64,000 bases of DNA from Lophium mytilinum (lineage: Eukaryota): positions 1,553,673-1,617,672 of the forward strand of contig MU004188.1 in the NCBI GenBank assembly GCA_010093605.1. Reading direction: 5' to 3'. Every line of letters starts with the position of its first letter. Position 1 is the first letter of the stretch. Position numbers and translations under genes: made by a program. Shown piece by piece: positions 1 to 11,020 of this stretch. The notes beneath the pieces were generated by a model. The model did not search any database. It was not told the DNA's origin and saw only the letters and a program-made list of their open reading frames with translations.

Positions 1-2625
1 ATTCCGGCGGGAGTAAGCGATGAGCACCTCGTTAAGCTTGTGGACGCCCGCCCCTTTGCGGAAATAGATGTTATCCGTGAGCGTTCGATTAATGTCCATC
101 TGTATCTGCGCTACGATGCTCGGATTATCCACACCATTGTTTACGAGATCGTCGTAGTAGCCGGGGACACGAAGTGCGGATGCTCCGCTGCATTCGGCCC
201 AGATCTTAGCGCGGTAGGCCACAGGTATGCCTCCTAGGACCAGTTGCTTGAATTCTTGCCATTTTGCTCTCCCGATTTTTCCCTTATTTCCCAGGCCGGC
301 GACACCAATGAGTTCCCCATCCCCGAGAAGGGCTTCTGGCATAGTAAGATTTCTTGGGCGACCTTCGCCAACAGTAGCGGACTCGCCCTCTCGCTTTCGC
401 TCTGCTCGAACTTTGCGAAGAAAGTCATTCCATTTTACTGTTTTATCTCTCTGTAGAGAATCGTGTAAGTCGGTCAGTTGCTCTAACAAAGCTTTGACCG
501 GGTCTGGCTGGTGCTGCTGTGGCCGGATCGGGCTTGCAGGTCCGACGGATATCGATGGACTTGTGATAGCAAATTCTGCATTTCCTGAAACAATACGGGA
601 TGGTGCGGGCTCAGGATTGACGCTGACAAGAGGCATGGTCCTGGTCTTAGATACGACGACTGGAGGGGCTTTAGGAGCCGAATCGGTTTCTGCGGCATCG
701 ACCGTAGTTATAGGTGCAGCAGACGGGGTGTGAGACAGTAACTCCGTAGGGAATGTAGCCAGCTTCAAGAAATCTTGCCATCGGCTTGGCGCTTGAGGAC
801 CATTCTGTTCTTCGATAGACGAGCCGGTGCTCCCAGGCCTTGATGCAGGTCTAGAATCAGACGGTGTTTCAATTGGAGGAGTCTTGACATCTGGGTCTTG
901 TCCGATGGTCTTCAGAACAGATCTCGCATCGCTCAGCGATTCGACATTACTGTTACGTTTGTGCTTTGCAATAGCGGCGGCCGCCTCGCTTTGCCGCTTT
1001 TTCCGTCTTTGGTCGTAAATGAATCCGAATCTATCCGTCAGATATTCGCTGCTTTGGCTGAAGTTGTTGTGTTGCTGGACTAAAGTTGGAGGCCTGGAGT
1101 CTTCCGGCAGTATTGTGTCCATTTCGACTGGTCCGAGGTTGCTCATGTTCCGGTTTAGGCTATTAGGGCTTGCAACACCCTCTGGGGGTATGCTTTTGAT
1201 AGTCCCGTTAGGTCCAAGAGAGCTTCTTGCGGCGCGCGGCCGCCCGTTTGCCTTGGCACCAGCATTGGCCGGTCCAGTTGACTGAGACGTTCTCGGTGAC
1301 TCCGTAGAAGGTGCGCGATCCGCAGCACTGCCGCTAGCAGACGTTGCGGCGCGACCTCTCAGGGTACCCTGTTTGTCACCAGGGCGGATGGCCTGGCTCT
1401 TGCCAGCCACCGCTTGCAATACCCAGTTCGTTACCGAGACTGAAGATCTTCGAGATGATGCAGTTGATTGCTCCTCATCTTGACTCTGAAGACGGCGGAG
1501 GGTGGGCACTGCGCCGCCCTGTCCATTTGACGGAGGTACGAATAGGTCGCTACTGATGGGCTTCCGCGGTAGTTTCGAGTTGCTAGACGCCCGAGATCGA
1601 GTTTGAAAATCAGTATCGGTGCCCAATTTGCTGGTTATGCTGGGCGCCCGGCTCGTTTTAGTATTCGTGCCACTCCACAAGAAGTTCTTCCAGTTGCGTG
1701 CTGAATCTTTCGGCATCCCAGAAGTAGAGTTGAGCGACTCCGTTTCGCCATCAGCTATTCGTTGGCTAAACAGTGACGCATTGTCCTGTATGCTTGTGGT
1801 GTCAAAGTCGGAGACGTTGTCCGCCATAGCTCGAGCAATCCGCTGTTCCATTGGATCATCGGGGTGTGTGCCAGGGAGCCCGCTGTCACTCCTCCTGTTC
1901 CTCGCCTTTGGATCCTCATTCCGTTGCTCCTGACTGCGGTCAAGCTCACGTAGACGCGATTCGATATCCATATTTGAAACCTCGCATTCCTGCAACATCT
2001 TCCTCAATATACGCTCCCTTTCCTCCGCTCTACGCCGGAGAGCTGTTATTTGAGCATCGCGTTGTGCCAGATCACCTGCAAGCTGCCTGACTAGCTTAAC
2101 CGGTCCGACTCGCTCCAGTGTCAGTTCCACGCTCTTATCGCTGGCGTGATGGAGGCTGCCTGGCACCTTGTCCGGTTCTTGAGGGGTATCGTCGAAGAGA
2201 GCAGTCCGGCTTCTCGTGGAGGGGGAGGCCGCTACTAGAGTGCCTACAATCGATTGTACTGTTTTTGACGCTTTCCGAATCGTGTCAGGCGCAGGTTCAC
2301 TCCCAACTTCGGCTGCAGCGAGCTTGTCCCCTGTGTCTGCGGTACGACTCTTATTTCCCCCAGCTGCTGCCTTGGTCCCCGTTTCACCCACAGCGGCTCG
2401 AAACCACCCGTTGACACGGTTCTGTATCGGCGACGCATCCGGGGTGGGAGATAGCGAAGGAAATGATGTCAAGCTCTTAGCATCAGTGGAGGGTGACGGG
2501 GTGCGCTTCAGCGAAGTGCTCGACTCTCGTTTCCGTGGTCTGACTCTGATGGTGCTGCTCTTGCGACTCGACGACGAGTCTTGCGACCTGGTGCGCTCTA
2601 GATCAGCAGCACTGGGAGACTCCAT
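1..2625 (-). CDS. TBC-domain Rab GTPase-activating protein; 3' end runs off the window
   Basis: Open frame from ATG at 2625 to base 1, absent from the ORF track because it has no stop in the window. It reads MESPSAADLER..., a coiled coil (RQLAGDLAQRDAQITALRRRAEERE), YLTDRFGFIYD, then LVLGGIPVAYRAKIWAECSG...QIQMDINRTLTDNIYF...LNEVLIAYSRRN. IxxDxxRT is the TBC arginine-finger motif. Confidence 0.9.
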   Translation of the reverse strand, partial: MESPSAADLERTRSQDSSSSRKSSTIRVRPRKRESSTSLKRTPSPSTDAKSLTSFPSLSPTPDASPIQNRVNGWFRAAVGETGTKAAAGGNKSRTADTGDKLAAAEVGSEPAPDTIRKASKTVQSIVGTLVAASPSTRSRTALFDDTPQEPDKVPGSLHHASDKSVELTLERVGPVKLVRQLAGDLAQRDAQITALRRRAEERERILRKMLQECEVSNMDIESRLRELDRSQEQRNEDPKARNRRSDSGLPGTHPDDPMEQRIARAMADNVSDFDTTSIQDNASLFSQRIADGETESLNSTSGMPKDSARNWKNFLWSGTNTKTSRAPSITSKLGTDTDFQTRSRASSNSKLPRKPISSDLFVPPSNGQGGAVPTLRRLQSQDEEQSTASSRRSSVSVTNWVLQAVAGKSQAIRPGDKQGTLRGRAATSASGSAADRAPSTESPRTSQSTGPANAGAKANGRPRAARSSLGPNGTIKSIPPEGVASPNSLNRNMSNLGPVEMDTILPEDSRPPTLVQQHNNFSQSSEYLTDRFGFIYDQRRKKRQSEAAAAIAKHKRNSNVESLSDARSVLKTIGQDPDVKTPPIETPSDSRPASRPGSTGSSIEEQNGPQAPSRWQDFLKLATFPTELLSHTPSAAPITTVDAAETDSAPKAPPVVVSKTRTMPLVSVNPEPAPSRIVSGNAEFAITSPSISVGPASPIRPQQHQPDPVKALLEQLTDLHDSLQRDKTVKWNDFLRKVRAERKREGESATVGEGRPRNLTMPEALLGDGELIGVAGLGNKGKIGRAKWQEFKQLVLGGIPVAYRAKIWAECSGASALRVPGYYDDLVNNGVDNPSIVAQIQMDINRTLTDNIYFRKGAGVHKLNEVLIAYSRRN

Positions 2626-3042
2626 GGCCAGCGCGTCTGGCTATCTTCCGCGGCCTGGTGTTGCGCATGCGGAGAGTGCTGGACGGAGGGTGGAAATAGA
2701 TGTGTTCGTGTAACGAGCGAGTGTGGTGTTGATGTTGCAGTGTCGTCATCTACGAGAAGGGCCCCCGGGCAGCGAAGAAGCAACTGGCGCATTCGGGGGC
2801 GGCGAGTGAGGGTGGCCAAGGGGGCGTCGGCGTAGGCTATGATGGTAGCTAAGGGGCGCAAGTAGGGAATGGAGCTGTGTTGCAGGAGAGAATACCTAAC
2901 AGGCGCGTCTCCAACTTGGTAGATAGCTTGCCCCTCGCATGGACCTCACTCCGCCACCAGGGCCACCACTCTCACGGCAGCACACCTCTACTCGAGACAG
3001 CCATGTACCCTGTGCCTATGACACGTTCACGATTGCATAGCT

Positions 3043-4206
3043 ATGCCCCTCACCGACGAGGACGCTGCGCTCCTAGCAATATCTACGTTCTGTGAATCAC
3101 CACTCTCGCAGGACCAGGAGGCAGCGAAGGCATCGATCCATAGCATTCTTCACGGCGAAGGAGCTGATCCGTTCGTAGATATACACGAACTATTTGGACT
3201 TTACAATGTTCTATACTTTCGGAGTCTGCTTCTGCCCCAGGTTGAGGTACTATGGTCTCCTCGGCTGACTCTGTAAAATACCTTTCGTCTCTTTCATAGG
3301 CCTTCCCACTTACCCAGATATAGCTGTGCCGGCATTTGTGAGCTCACAAAAGACAACGAGGGCAAGTACCGTCGAATTCGTCTCAAGCTCTCTGAGCCTT
3401 TGCTCAAATTTCGGCCTCGAGAAGACACCGTCGATACCCTTCTTCACGAAGCCATTCATGCATACTTCTTCATCACTACATCATGGCAGCACTCCCGGGG
3501 CGATGATGGCACAGGCCACGGCGTTGGTTTCCAACTGCTTGCGGATTCTATCAACAATCACGCCTCCTACGCAATAACCGTGTATCACACGTTTCACGAC
3601 GAGGTTGACAGCTACCGGACTCATGTTTGGCAATGTGACGGTCCCTGTCGTCAGACACCACCTTATTTCGGACTCGTCAAACGCAGCATGAACCGTGCGC
3701 CTGGAAAGAGTGACACTTGGTGGGATAAGCATCAAACCGACTGCGGGGGATCCTATGTCAAGATTGCTGAACCCGAACTTACGAAACAGCAGCTAAAGAA
3801 CCTCAGCTCGAAAGCAAGAGCGGGGAGGCAGAAGAACAAAATCGACAGCTGGGTTGCACCCAAAGCAGAGAATGTCTCTAGTCCAGAGAAAGCTCGTGTC
3901 ACAACTAGTCCGCCGATTTCACCCAGCCCTGGTACCGTCGAAGGCCGCACCCTCACTCTAGGTGCCCACGGAGGTCTTAAGAGGCGTATGGATCCTATCT
4001 CAGAGACAAATAGCGCCACTCAGTCCGTTAGCCGCGAGTATCCTTTGCCTGGAAACCTCCCTCGGTCGGTGAAACGGCAGAAACGTGAATTGGATGAAAG
4101 GTTAACTTCAATCACTATCAATAGCCAGGTTGAGTGCCCGATCTGTGGGATCACAGTAGTAGAAGAAAACATCAACGAGCACCTTGATGAGTTGCATTCT
4201 TCTTAG
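3043..4206 (+). CDS. SPRTN: SprT-family metalloprotease, Spartan/SPRTN-like, with C-terminal UBZ4-like zinc finger
   Basis: Intron 3273-3323 joins WSPRLTL/CAGICE...IRLKLSEPLLKFRPREDTVDTLLHEAIHAY (HExxH). Also GHGVGF, ITVYHTFHDEVDSYR, a zinc-binding CDGPC...HQTDC, and terminal CPICG...INEHLD. Confidence 0.9.
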
Positions 4207-4860
4207 CAATACCTACTATAGGCTAAAACAATCCTAATTCCCTGCTGCTATTCTATCCTGTTCCTGTGTCTCGCTTTACTCCATCAAGCGTCGTATCATG
4301 TTCCCGCATTCGTCTCGCCTGCTACAATGTAAATGGTTCTTACATTATGTGTCTCGTGTAGAATATTCACACCACTCCTTGCCGTTGTCTTCTGCGGCAC
4401 CTCACAGCTTTTCATTATCCTGGATTAGATGGATGACGGCTTCATGACCCGGTAGATTGAACGCGATAAGGGCCTTTTTGTTCCGTCTCGTACATCACTT
4501 ACACACTTTTGGTCAGTTCTCAAGCAACGGAATGGATCAGCCTACTAGCTTAAAACATCCGGATCGAACGTTTCTAGCGCTATACTTTTGAGTCTCTGGT
4601 GGTCACACCAGGTTTTCGTATTCCACTCCAGCTGGGCTTGCCAAGTCTCCCTTTGGGGTGGCTATGCAACAAACATAATTGGCATGGATGCGGCCACAAG
4701 TCGGATACTAATACACTGAAAAGCAAGCTCTTCGTAAACTTAGAAGTCTTTGGCGGTGGCTCTGGTTCATAACTAGCGCCGTCGACGCAGCTCTCGCGAC
4801 ATTGATTAGAGTCGCCCATTCTGCGGCCTTGAGGAATCTGTGTCCCAAGTGGACCTCAAC

Positions 4861-5776
4861 ATGGCTGTCCCCACGATTTTCGCCCCGTGCATCCGCTCCT
4901 CAGTGTCGCTATACCTAGCACTAACGTTCCTCCAGGTCGGAGCATCTAGTATCGCCGGCTTCATCTTGTCCATCTGGTCTGGCAGTACAACAATCACTAC
5001 TGCGCTTACCGTTCCCACGTCTGCCAGGACTACCAGCAGTGGGAAGCTCGGGTCCCGAGGGTGTACATTGCCCTTATCACGGCGGCCCGTACGACGATTA
5101 TCGCTGCATTCACGGGCCTTGTATAGACTAGTCTAACTAACAGGTTACTGGATCGTCGCATCCCTATTAGCAGCATTCACACTCTCCTTGATGCATATCT
5201 CACAAGTCTGGGATACTACCTGCGGTACTTTTAGTGCCGTTGCTTCCGAGACCCACTCCCGCGAAGAGGAGGACGATTCTTTCCCGGCAGTAAAGGCTTT
5301 CAAACGGGCTCTACAGTCTGTCAACAATACAGCACTCTTAGTCGACGCCGCAATTTTAGTGGTTTTCCTCCTCGCGTATACCGAGTACTCCCAGAACATA
5401 ATCCTCGGGCCCGTTATCCCATATTGCACACTTTTCAGATTCAGCCCTCGCCGAGATGATGAGTATTGGAAGAGCCTGCGGATGCTTGATAAGGAGTGTA
5501 TCATCAGCCAATGCGCCTAGGCTACCTGCTTATTCGCTATGTGAGTCGCTGCGTTCGTACAGTTGCATACGTAGTTTTTCTGACCTCTCAGTGTATTGCG
5601 GCAGGACATTTTCCCTGTTCATTATCATTCTTGAGAGCTTCCATCTCAAGGGCGAGTGGGCGGCGATAGAAGCTCAAAGACAGGAAGGTAGCGAAGTCCG
5701 GCCGGGAATAGATGAGAAGCGGCTTATCGTGTTGAGTGGAGCTGAGTACAGGCTTATAGTCGAATTCAGATTTTGA
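4861..5776 (+). pseudogene. Putative 3-exon, four-transmembrane protein gene interrupted by one in-frame TAG (5518-5520)
   Basis: Introns 5063-5143 (GTACAT..CTAAC..CAG) and 5541-5604 (GTGAGT..CTGAC..CAG) link the plus-strand ORF pieces in phase. The product has four hydrophobic segments. Confidence 0.5.
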
Positions 5777-6169
5777 GAACGCTCGTGTTGTAAGGCACTA
5801 CAGCGGAAATGGTGAAGTGCATTTAGTAGTCTCCGAGCTTCGACATCCGATCTCGCTTCTGGAGACCGTTTCCGATGTTCTATCTCCAACAGCAGCAAGC
5901 TGTACGTGAAAGCTACGAGTGCGGCACTCATCAATAGAGCAGAGATTTGTTTTATTTTTTCCTATCTCTTTCTATACTTTTAAGTACAGACTTTCGAATG
6001 GGATGTGAGGAACACAAGACGCTTTCAAAATGCCCCAAATGATTCCACGCTGAACAAACGCCCGACGGGGTTAGCTAGGTGTGCTGTATTGGTGGGTTGC
6101 ATGGTATGGTACAGGTAGGGTACATGTTTGGTCGGGAGAGGGTATAGAGGTGTGGCGGGTAAGAAGCGT

Positions 6170-6883
6170 TTACTCGTTTATCTTGGCTAGGAGTCTGTAG
6201 AAGTTACTATGGTGTAATTGTGGATCGCGGATGAGGGGCCATACTCGTGATCGCGGAACAGAGAGTATTCCTCTTCGCCGACTTTGATTGGGCTTCCGCC
6301 GTACTACGAGTGCTTTGTCAGTCATGAGTTCCTTAGACCTAGTTGAGTGAATAGTGATTGCGTCTGGGGGTCCGATCCATGGATCTGGCTTGCCTCTTTC
6401 TATCAAGAATCCACCCAGAATGGCCAAAAGTACTTGCGATCTAGCCCTACTGAGGACGCAGCAGCGTATGATATAATGAAAAATTCTGAACTCACCTGGG
6501 GGATCAGAACTTTGTCTCCCGGCTGCACGCTTGGCGCAATCCTCTTCCCATCCCTGTCCAGACCTCCCGGGCCAACGGCCAGCACCTTGGCCTCGTTCAG
6601 CTCTTTTACGGCGCTCTCGGGCAGGAAGATGCCACCAGCGGTCTTGGTATCGGCCTTGATGCGTTGCACTAGCACACGGTCGAGGAGGGGAGCGAGCGAG
6701 CGGATGGATTTGAGGGCGGTGGTCTAGAAAGTTAGCGTGCGGACGCCGAAGGGTATATGGAAATGGACTATAAGAAGATTATGAGGAAACAAGAGGCAGT
6801 ATACGGAGATGGTGGGGATAGGGACGGTAGTATATAAAGTGATGTGATTGAGAAGAGGGATTGAGACACGGGTTGCGCACCAT
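6170..6883 (-). CDS. HSP10: Mitochondrial 10 kDa chaperonin (GroES homolog)
   Basis: Exons 6883-6881 (ATG only), 6723-6496, 6303-6245 and 6194-6170 give MTTALKSIRSLAPLLDRVLVQRIKADTKTAGGIFLPES...AVGPG...GDKVLIPQYGGSPIKVGEEEYSLFRDHELLAKINE. Confidence 0.97.
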
Positions 6884-7009
6884 TTTTGCGGATTTAGCGG
6901 TCGAAATAGGTAGCTGAAGTATAGGTATGGTGTTTCGAGAAAGGGTGGAGAGGATTGAGCGCAGATGCAGAAGTCGTCCGGGGTGTTTTTGAGTCGAGTT
7001 CTGCTGTTG

Positions 7010-7024
7010 AGAAAATTCCAGAAC
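7010..7024. promoter_or_regulatory. Heat-shock element (Hsf1 site)
   Basis: aGAAa-aTTCc-aGAAc is three perfect inverted nGAAn units, about 127 bp upstream of the HSP10 ATG. Confidence 0.8.
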
Positions 7025-7194
7025 CTCAAATTCCGCCAAGATCGACCGGGGAGCTTTCCCAGACCTCGGATCGTCGTTATTCCGACAACACCAATTAATT
7101 TTTCTGCACATATGCATCACGTTCCTTTGCATTGAATTTCCTCTAAGACCTTGGTCTGACCCACGGTTTCCGACAAAGCGGGTGGCTGCAATTG

Positions 7195-9228
7195 ATGTGG
7201 AGGCCGCACTGCCTTAGGCTGACGAGAGCTCTGCGCGCCAGCACTCGCAATGCCACCTCTGGATCGCGATCTTACAGCCAAGATGTGAGCAAGGCGGCGC
7301 CAATAAGCACTGAAGAATTTTGGGAATCCTTCGTGGCAATATGGCCGTATGCGAGGAAGACGGACGCGCCGAGGATAGGTATGTGGAGCTCCCAATATCT
7401 CAAGCCAATGCTAATGGGATACAGCCCTTGCGGTGAGCGGCGGCGTTGACTCCATGGCTCTAGCTAGTCTTTGCAATAGCGCTGCAAAGCAATATGACAT
7501 GTTCCCCGAATGCGTAGGACTGATTATAGACCACAAGAGCCGGGAGGGTAGTACTGAGGAAGCATTGTGGGTAGCGGAACAACTGAGGAAGCATGGTGAG
7601 ATACGCCGAGGAGCATGAGACACAGGGTAGCTAACATTTGCACAGCCGGCATGTCCTCACACGTATTGCCGCTACAATGGCCTGAAAATCCCCACGAGGT
7701 GACCGATTTCGAGACACAAGCCCGAAGACTCAGATATAGGGCCTTAGGTCTCGCTTGTCGGGAGCATGGCCTACGCTCTATACTAATTGGCCATCACGCC
7801 GACGACCAAGCCGAGACAATTTTAATGAGGTTGAGTGTGAGAAGGGTCAGGACAGGATTGCAAGGCATCCTGCCGGTAAAGGAGATACCCGAGTGCTATG
7901 GACTACATGGTATTCACCAAAGTGGAGGGCTGGACCTATTACCAAACCCTACAGCAGAAGAACAGCAACACCAACCCATCAGGATTGAGACTGGCGGAAT
8001 CAAGATCATACGCCCTTTGCTTCCATTTCGCAAAGAGAGGCTAATTGCAACGTGTCTGGCAGATGAGATGCCTTGGATAGAGGACAAGACAAACCATGAT
8101 CAGACGCTAACCGATCGGAATGCAATACGACACATGCTTAGATATCACCAACTGCCAGTAGCTCTACAACCGGAGTCGCTCGTGGGCCTCTCTCATCACA
8201 TGCAGGAGCGGGTCGAAGAGGGGAGAGAGCTGGCAGAAGGGCTGCTGAAGCTCTGCAAACTGCGATTGGACCTTCGAGGTGGAATTCTGCGAGTAAACTT
8301 CGTTAAAGCTAGACTTGCGATCGACAAGCTCGCTGCTACTGAAGGCAAACTTGCAAGAACCCTCGCCACGCTGTTACTGGCACGTTTAGTGACACTAGTA
8401 AGCCACGTTTCTACCGTGAAGTACGATCGTTTCGACAATGCCGTGGACGCTGTCTTCCCGACGTTACAATCGACAAAAATTTCCACCACCCCGAAGCCCT
8501 TTACGGTCAGCGGAGTGTACTTCTTTCCTAGCCCCGTGAGTGAGGCCGGTAGCATTCTAAAAGGAGAGTTTGAGTGGACTATTGGCCGACAGGCATACAG
8601 CAACGCAAGCGATGCGCCCCCTGTCCTAATTACACCTCCTAAGAACTTGGATCGTGCGGTCGCAGCTACCACACCTGAGAACGCCGGCTACCAGCTGTTT
8701 GATGGCCGTTTCTGGGTTCGCATTGTCAATCCAACCGACCAGATCGTTCATCTTCGGCCTCTTGGCAAAGGCGATCTACCACACATAACGAAACCGATCA
8801 GAAAAATTATCACTCGTGTAACACCTGGTTCCTTTATCGAAACCCTTCCTGTTCTTACCAAGATCGATGCAGACGGCAACGAAAGCATCATTGCGATACC
8901 AACGCTAGGTATCAGACTTGGGAGTCGTAATTTCGTAGGCAGAATACGATGGTCAATACGATACAAAAAGATTGACATCGGAGGACTTGATCTCGACGAG
9001 ATTCTTGCCAGTCAAGTCTTAGACAGGATAGACGGGAATCTTTTAAGAAAGGGAACTGAGAGAAAGGAGAAGCTCACGACTACAACAGCAAAGCAGCCGA
9101 GAATAATTGATATCACTGGAGATACCAAACTAGCTAGAAGGGACAGGCCGCAAATCAGAAGGCCCTTGAAATGGAAGAAGCCAGAAACGAGAAAAGGAAG
9201 AGATGAGCAAGTTATTGGCTGGCAATAA
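7195..9228 (+). CDS. tilS: tRNA(Ile)-lysidine synthetase-like PP-loop ATPase, probably mitochondrial
   Basis: Introns ~7379-7425 and ~7596-7644. Motifs ALAVSGGVDSMALA, IIDHKSR, ETQARRLRY, GHHADDQAETILMRL, IIRPLL, WIEDKTN..RNAIR. The N-terminus is Arg/Ser-rich like a presequence. Confidence 0.88.
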
Positions 9229-10162
9229 ATTCATCTAGCAGTCAACCCAGTAGCTCGGCACTGCGAGTACGTTTTGTAGATTTCGAAGAGATCGCCTTAG
9301 TCTTTTGACCAACCTTCAACGCATTTAAAGAGAGTATGGAAGTACACTCTCGAGAAGTGTAGGTAGAGATTGTCCATGCATCATTGAGCCTTGCCTGTCG
9401 CATGCAAAGACTATCTTCCTTCGATTCTCAAGTTATATCAAACGCATCTGAATTAGTAGAGATCGCTCGGTGCTCCGAATTTTTAAACCAACTACAGCAA
9501 ATGAACAGAATCTCACTTAGTGAAACTATGAGCTCGTACATATAAAATTTCGGAGGATTCTCAGGCGTTCCGCTCGGCAATATCGGACAGGTCCGAGCTT
9601 TGCTAAATATAAGTTTGCTGATGTTTCACCCAACTAGGCTTCGCCTCGTAGTCTTGCGCCGCAATCCTTCCACAAACCAACACAGCCTCGCAAAAGTATG
9701 GAGATGTCGATTCAGAACTGCGCTTTTGCTTAGGCGGCGCAGGGGTTTTCGGCCTGATTTCGGAAAAGGTAGACTTAAGATGTGTCTGGCGCCGTACCAC
9801 GAGGTCTTTGCTCCCATTCATCGTTCCCTTGGTTCAATTGCTTAGATTAAGAGCACCAACTTCATGTATCCCTACACTCAACTACCATTCCATCGGTTCT
9901 TGTGCAACTAGAGGGCTGCAGTTGGTCTTTCCTATCCAGAATCAGAATCCAAGTCAAATGCCGCACTACCTTGCCATCCCTACCGTTCTCATATCTCAAG
10001 CTGGCTTCCTCCTCCTCCCTCCGGCCCGCCTCTACCACCTCTCTCGGTCGCCCTCTTTCATCCCGTCGCCCTGTCTCTCTCGCCTCCTTCCATCGCCCTC
10101 TCTCCTCCCGCCGAACGGTCTCTGCCACCTCCTTCGGTCGTCCTCTCTCTTCCCATCCCGTC

Positions 10163-11020
10163 ATGATCCCCAAAGATCCCGATCCCATCCTCGACTTCAA
10201 CTTCGACAACAACGCCAACGCCTCCTCCATGACACACCTCTCCTACAGCCACGACGCCAGCCCGCCACACTCCCCTTCATCACATGAGCACACATACACC
10301 CCCCAAGACGGCGGCGACATTGACGCCATCCACACCGTCCCCTCCTCTCGCCCGACACTGCACAGCCTACGCATCCCAACCTCCTCCCACGCCGTCCCAG
10401 GAAACACATCCGAAGACCGGGGCGAATACCGCGCCTTCGTACCCATAGCGACCCCAAAGCCGCCCCGAAAACCCGCCCCACCCCTCATCGAAATATACGC
10501 CGGCTCCAAACCCACCGCGTCGGAGAAGCGACGAGATGCAGACCGAGATGTAGACCGTGGGGCCCCGGACCCGCTCAAGCTTCAGAAACAGATCCGCAAC
10601 CTGCTCGCTCTCATCGTCTTGCTCCTTTTCGTAATCATAGTGATGCTGGTACCTATCATCTACTTGACGGCGCGCACGTGGGTGTTTGCTTCGCATAATG
10701 CTGCTGCTTTTACGGCTGATGGCCAAGGCACGTCGCGCGGCTTGCCAGGGCTTATGGCGGATATTGTGAACAGGGCAACGAATGCGACGAATACGCAGCT
10801 TGGGGAACCCGTGAAGTCGTTGGGGAGTTGGGCAGGGAATATGAGCACGTGGGCGAACGCGACGAGTGCGCAGCTGAAGGGGATGGATGCGGGAGGCTTG
10901 AATGGGATGGTTAAGAGTGCGGTGAGTGGAGTGGATACTGTGAATAAGAGGTTCGATAGTATGTTAGAGAAGTTAGTTGTGGTTGGGGTGAATGGGACTG
11001 GCGAGATATGGGCAGAGTGA
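10163..11020 (+). CDS. Hypothetical single-pass membrane protein
   Basis: Long ORF whose first ATG is at 10163. Disordered N-half, one strong hydrophobic helix (LLALIVLLLFVIIVMLVPIIYL), and a C-half with several N-x-S/T sequons. Confidence 0.65.
   Translation: MIPKDPDPILDFNFDNNANASSMTHLSYSHDASPPHSPSSHEHTYTPQDGGDIDAIHTVPSSRPTLHSLRIPTSSHAVPGNTSEDRGEYRAFVPIATPKPPRKPAPPLIEIYAGSKPTASEKRRDADRDVDRGAPDPLKLQKQIRNLLALIVLLLFVIIVMLVPIIYLTARTWVFASHNAAAFTADGQGTSRGLPGLMADIVNRATNATNTQLGEPVKSLGSWAGNMSTWANATSAQLKGMDAGGLNGMVKSAVSGVDTVNKRFDSMLEKLVVVGVNGTGEIWAE

Noticed and set aside
40..2713. Many plus-strand ORFs
   Set aside because: Antisense to the TBC gene, which the ORF track missed.
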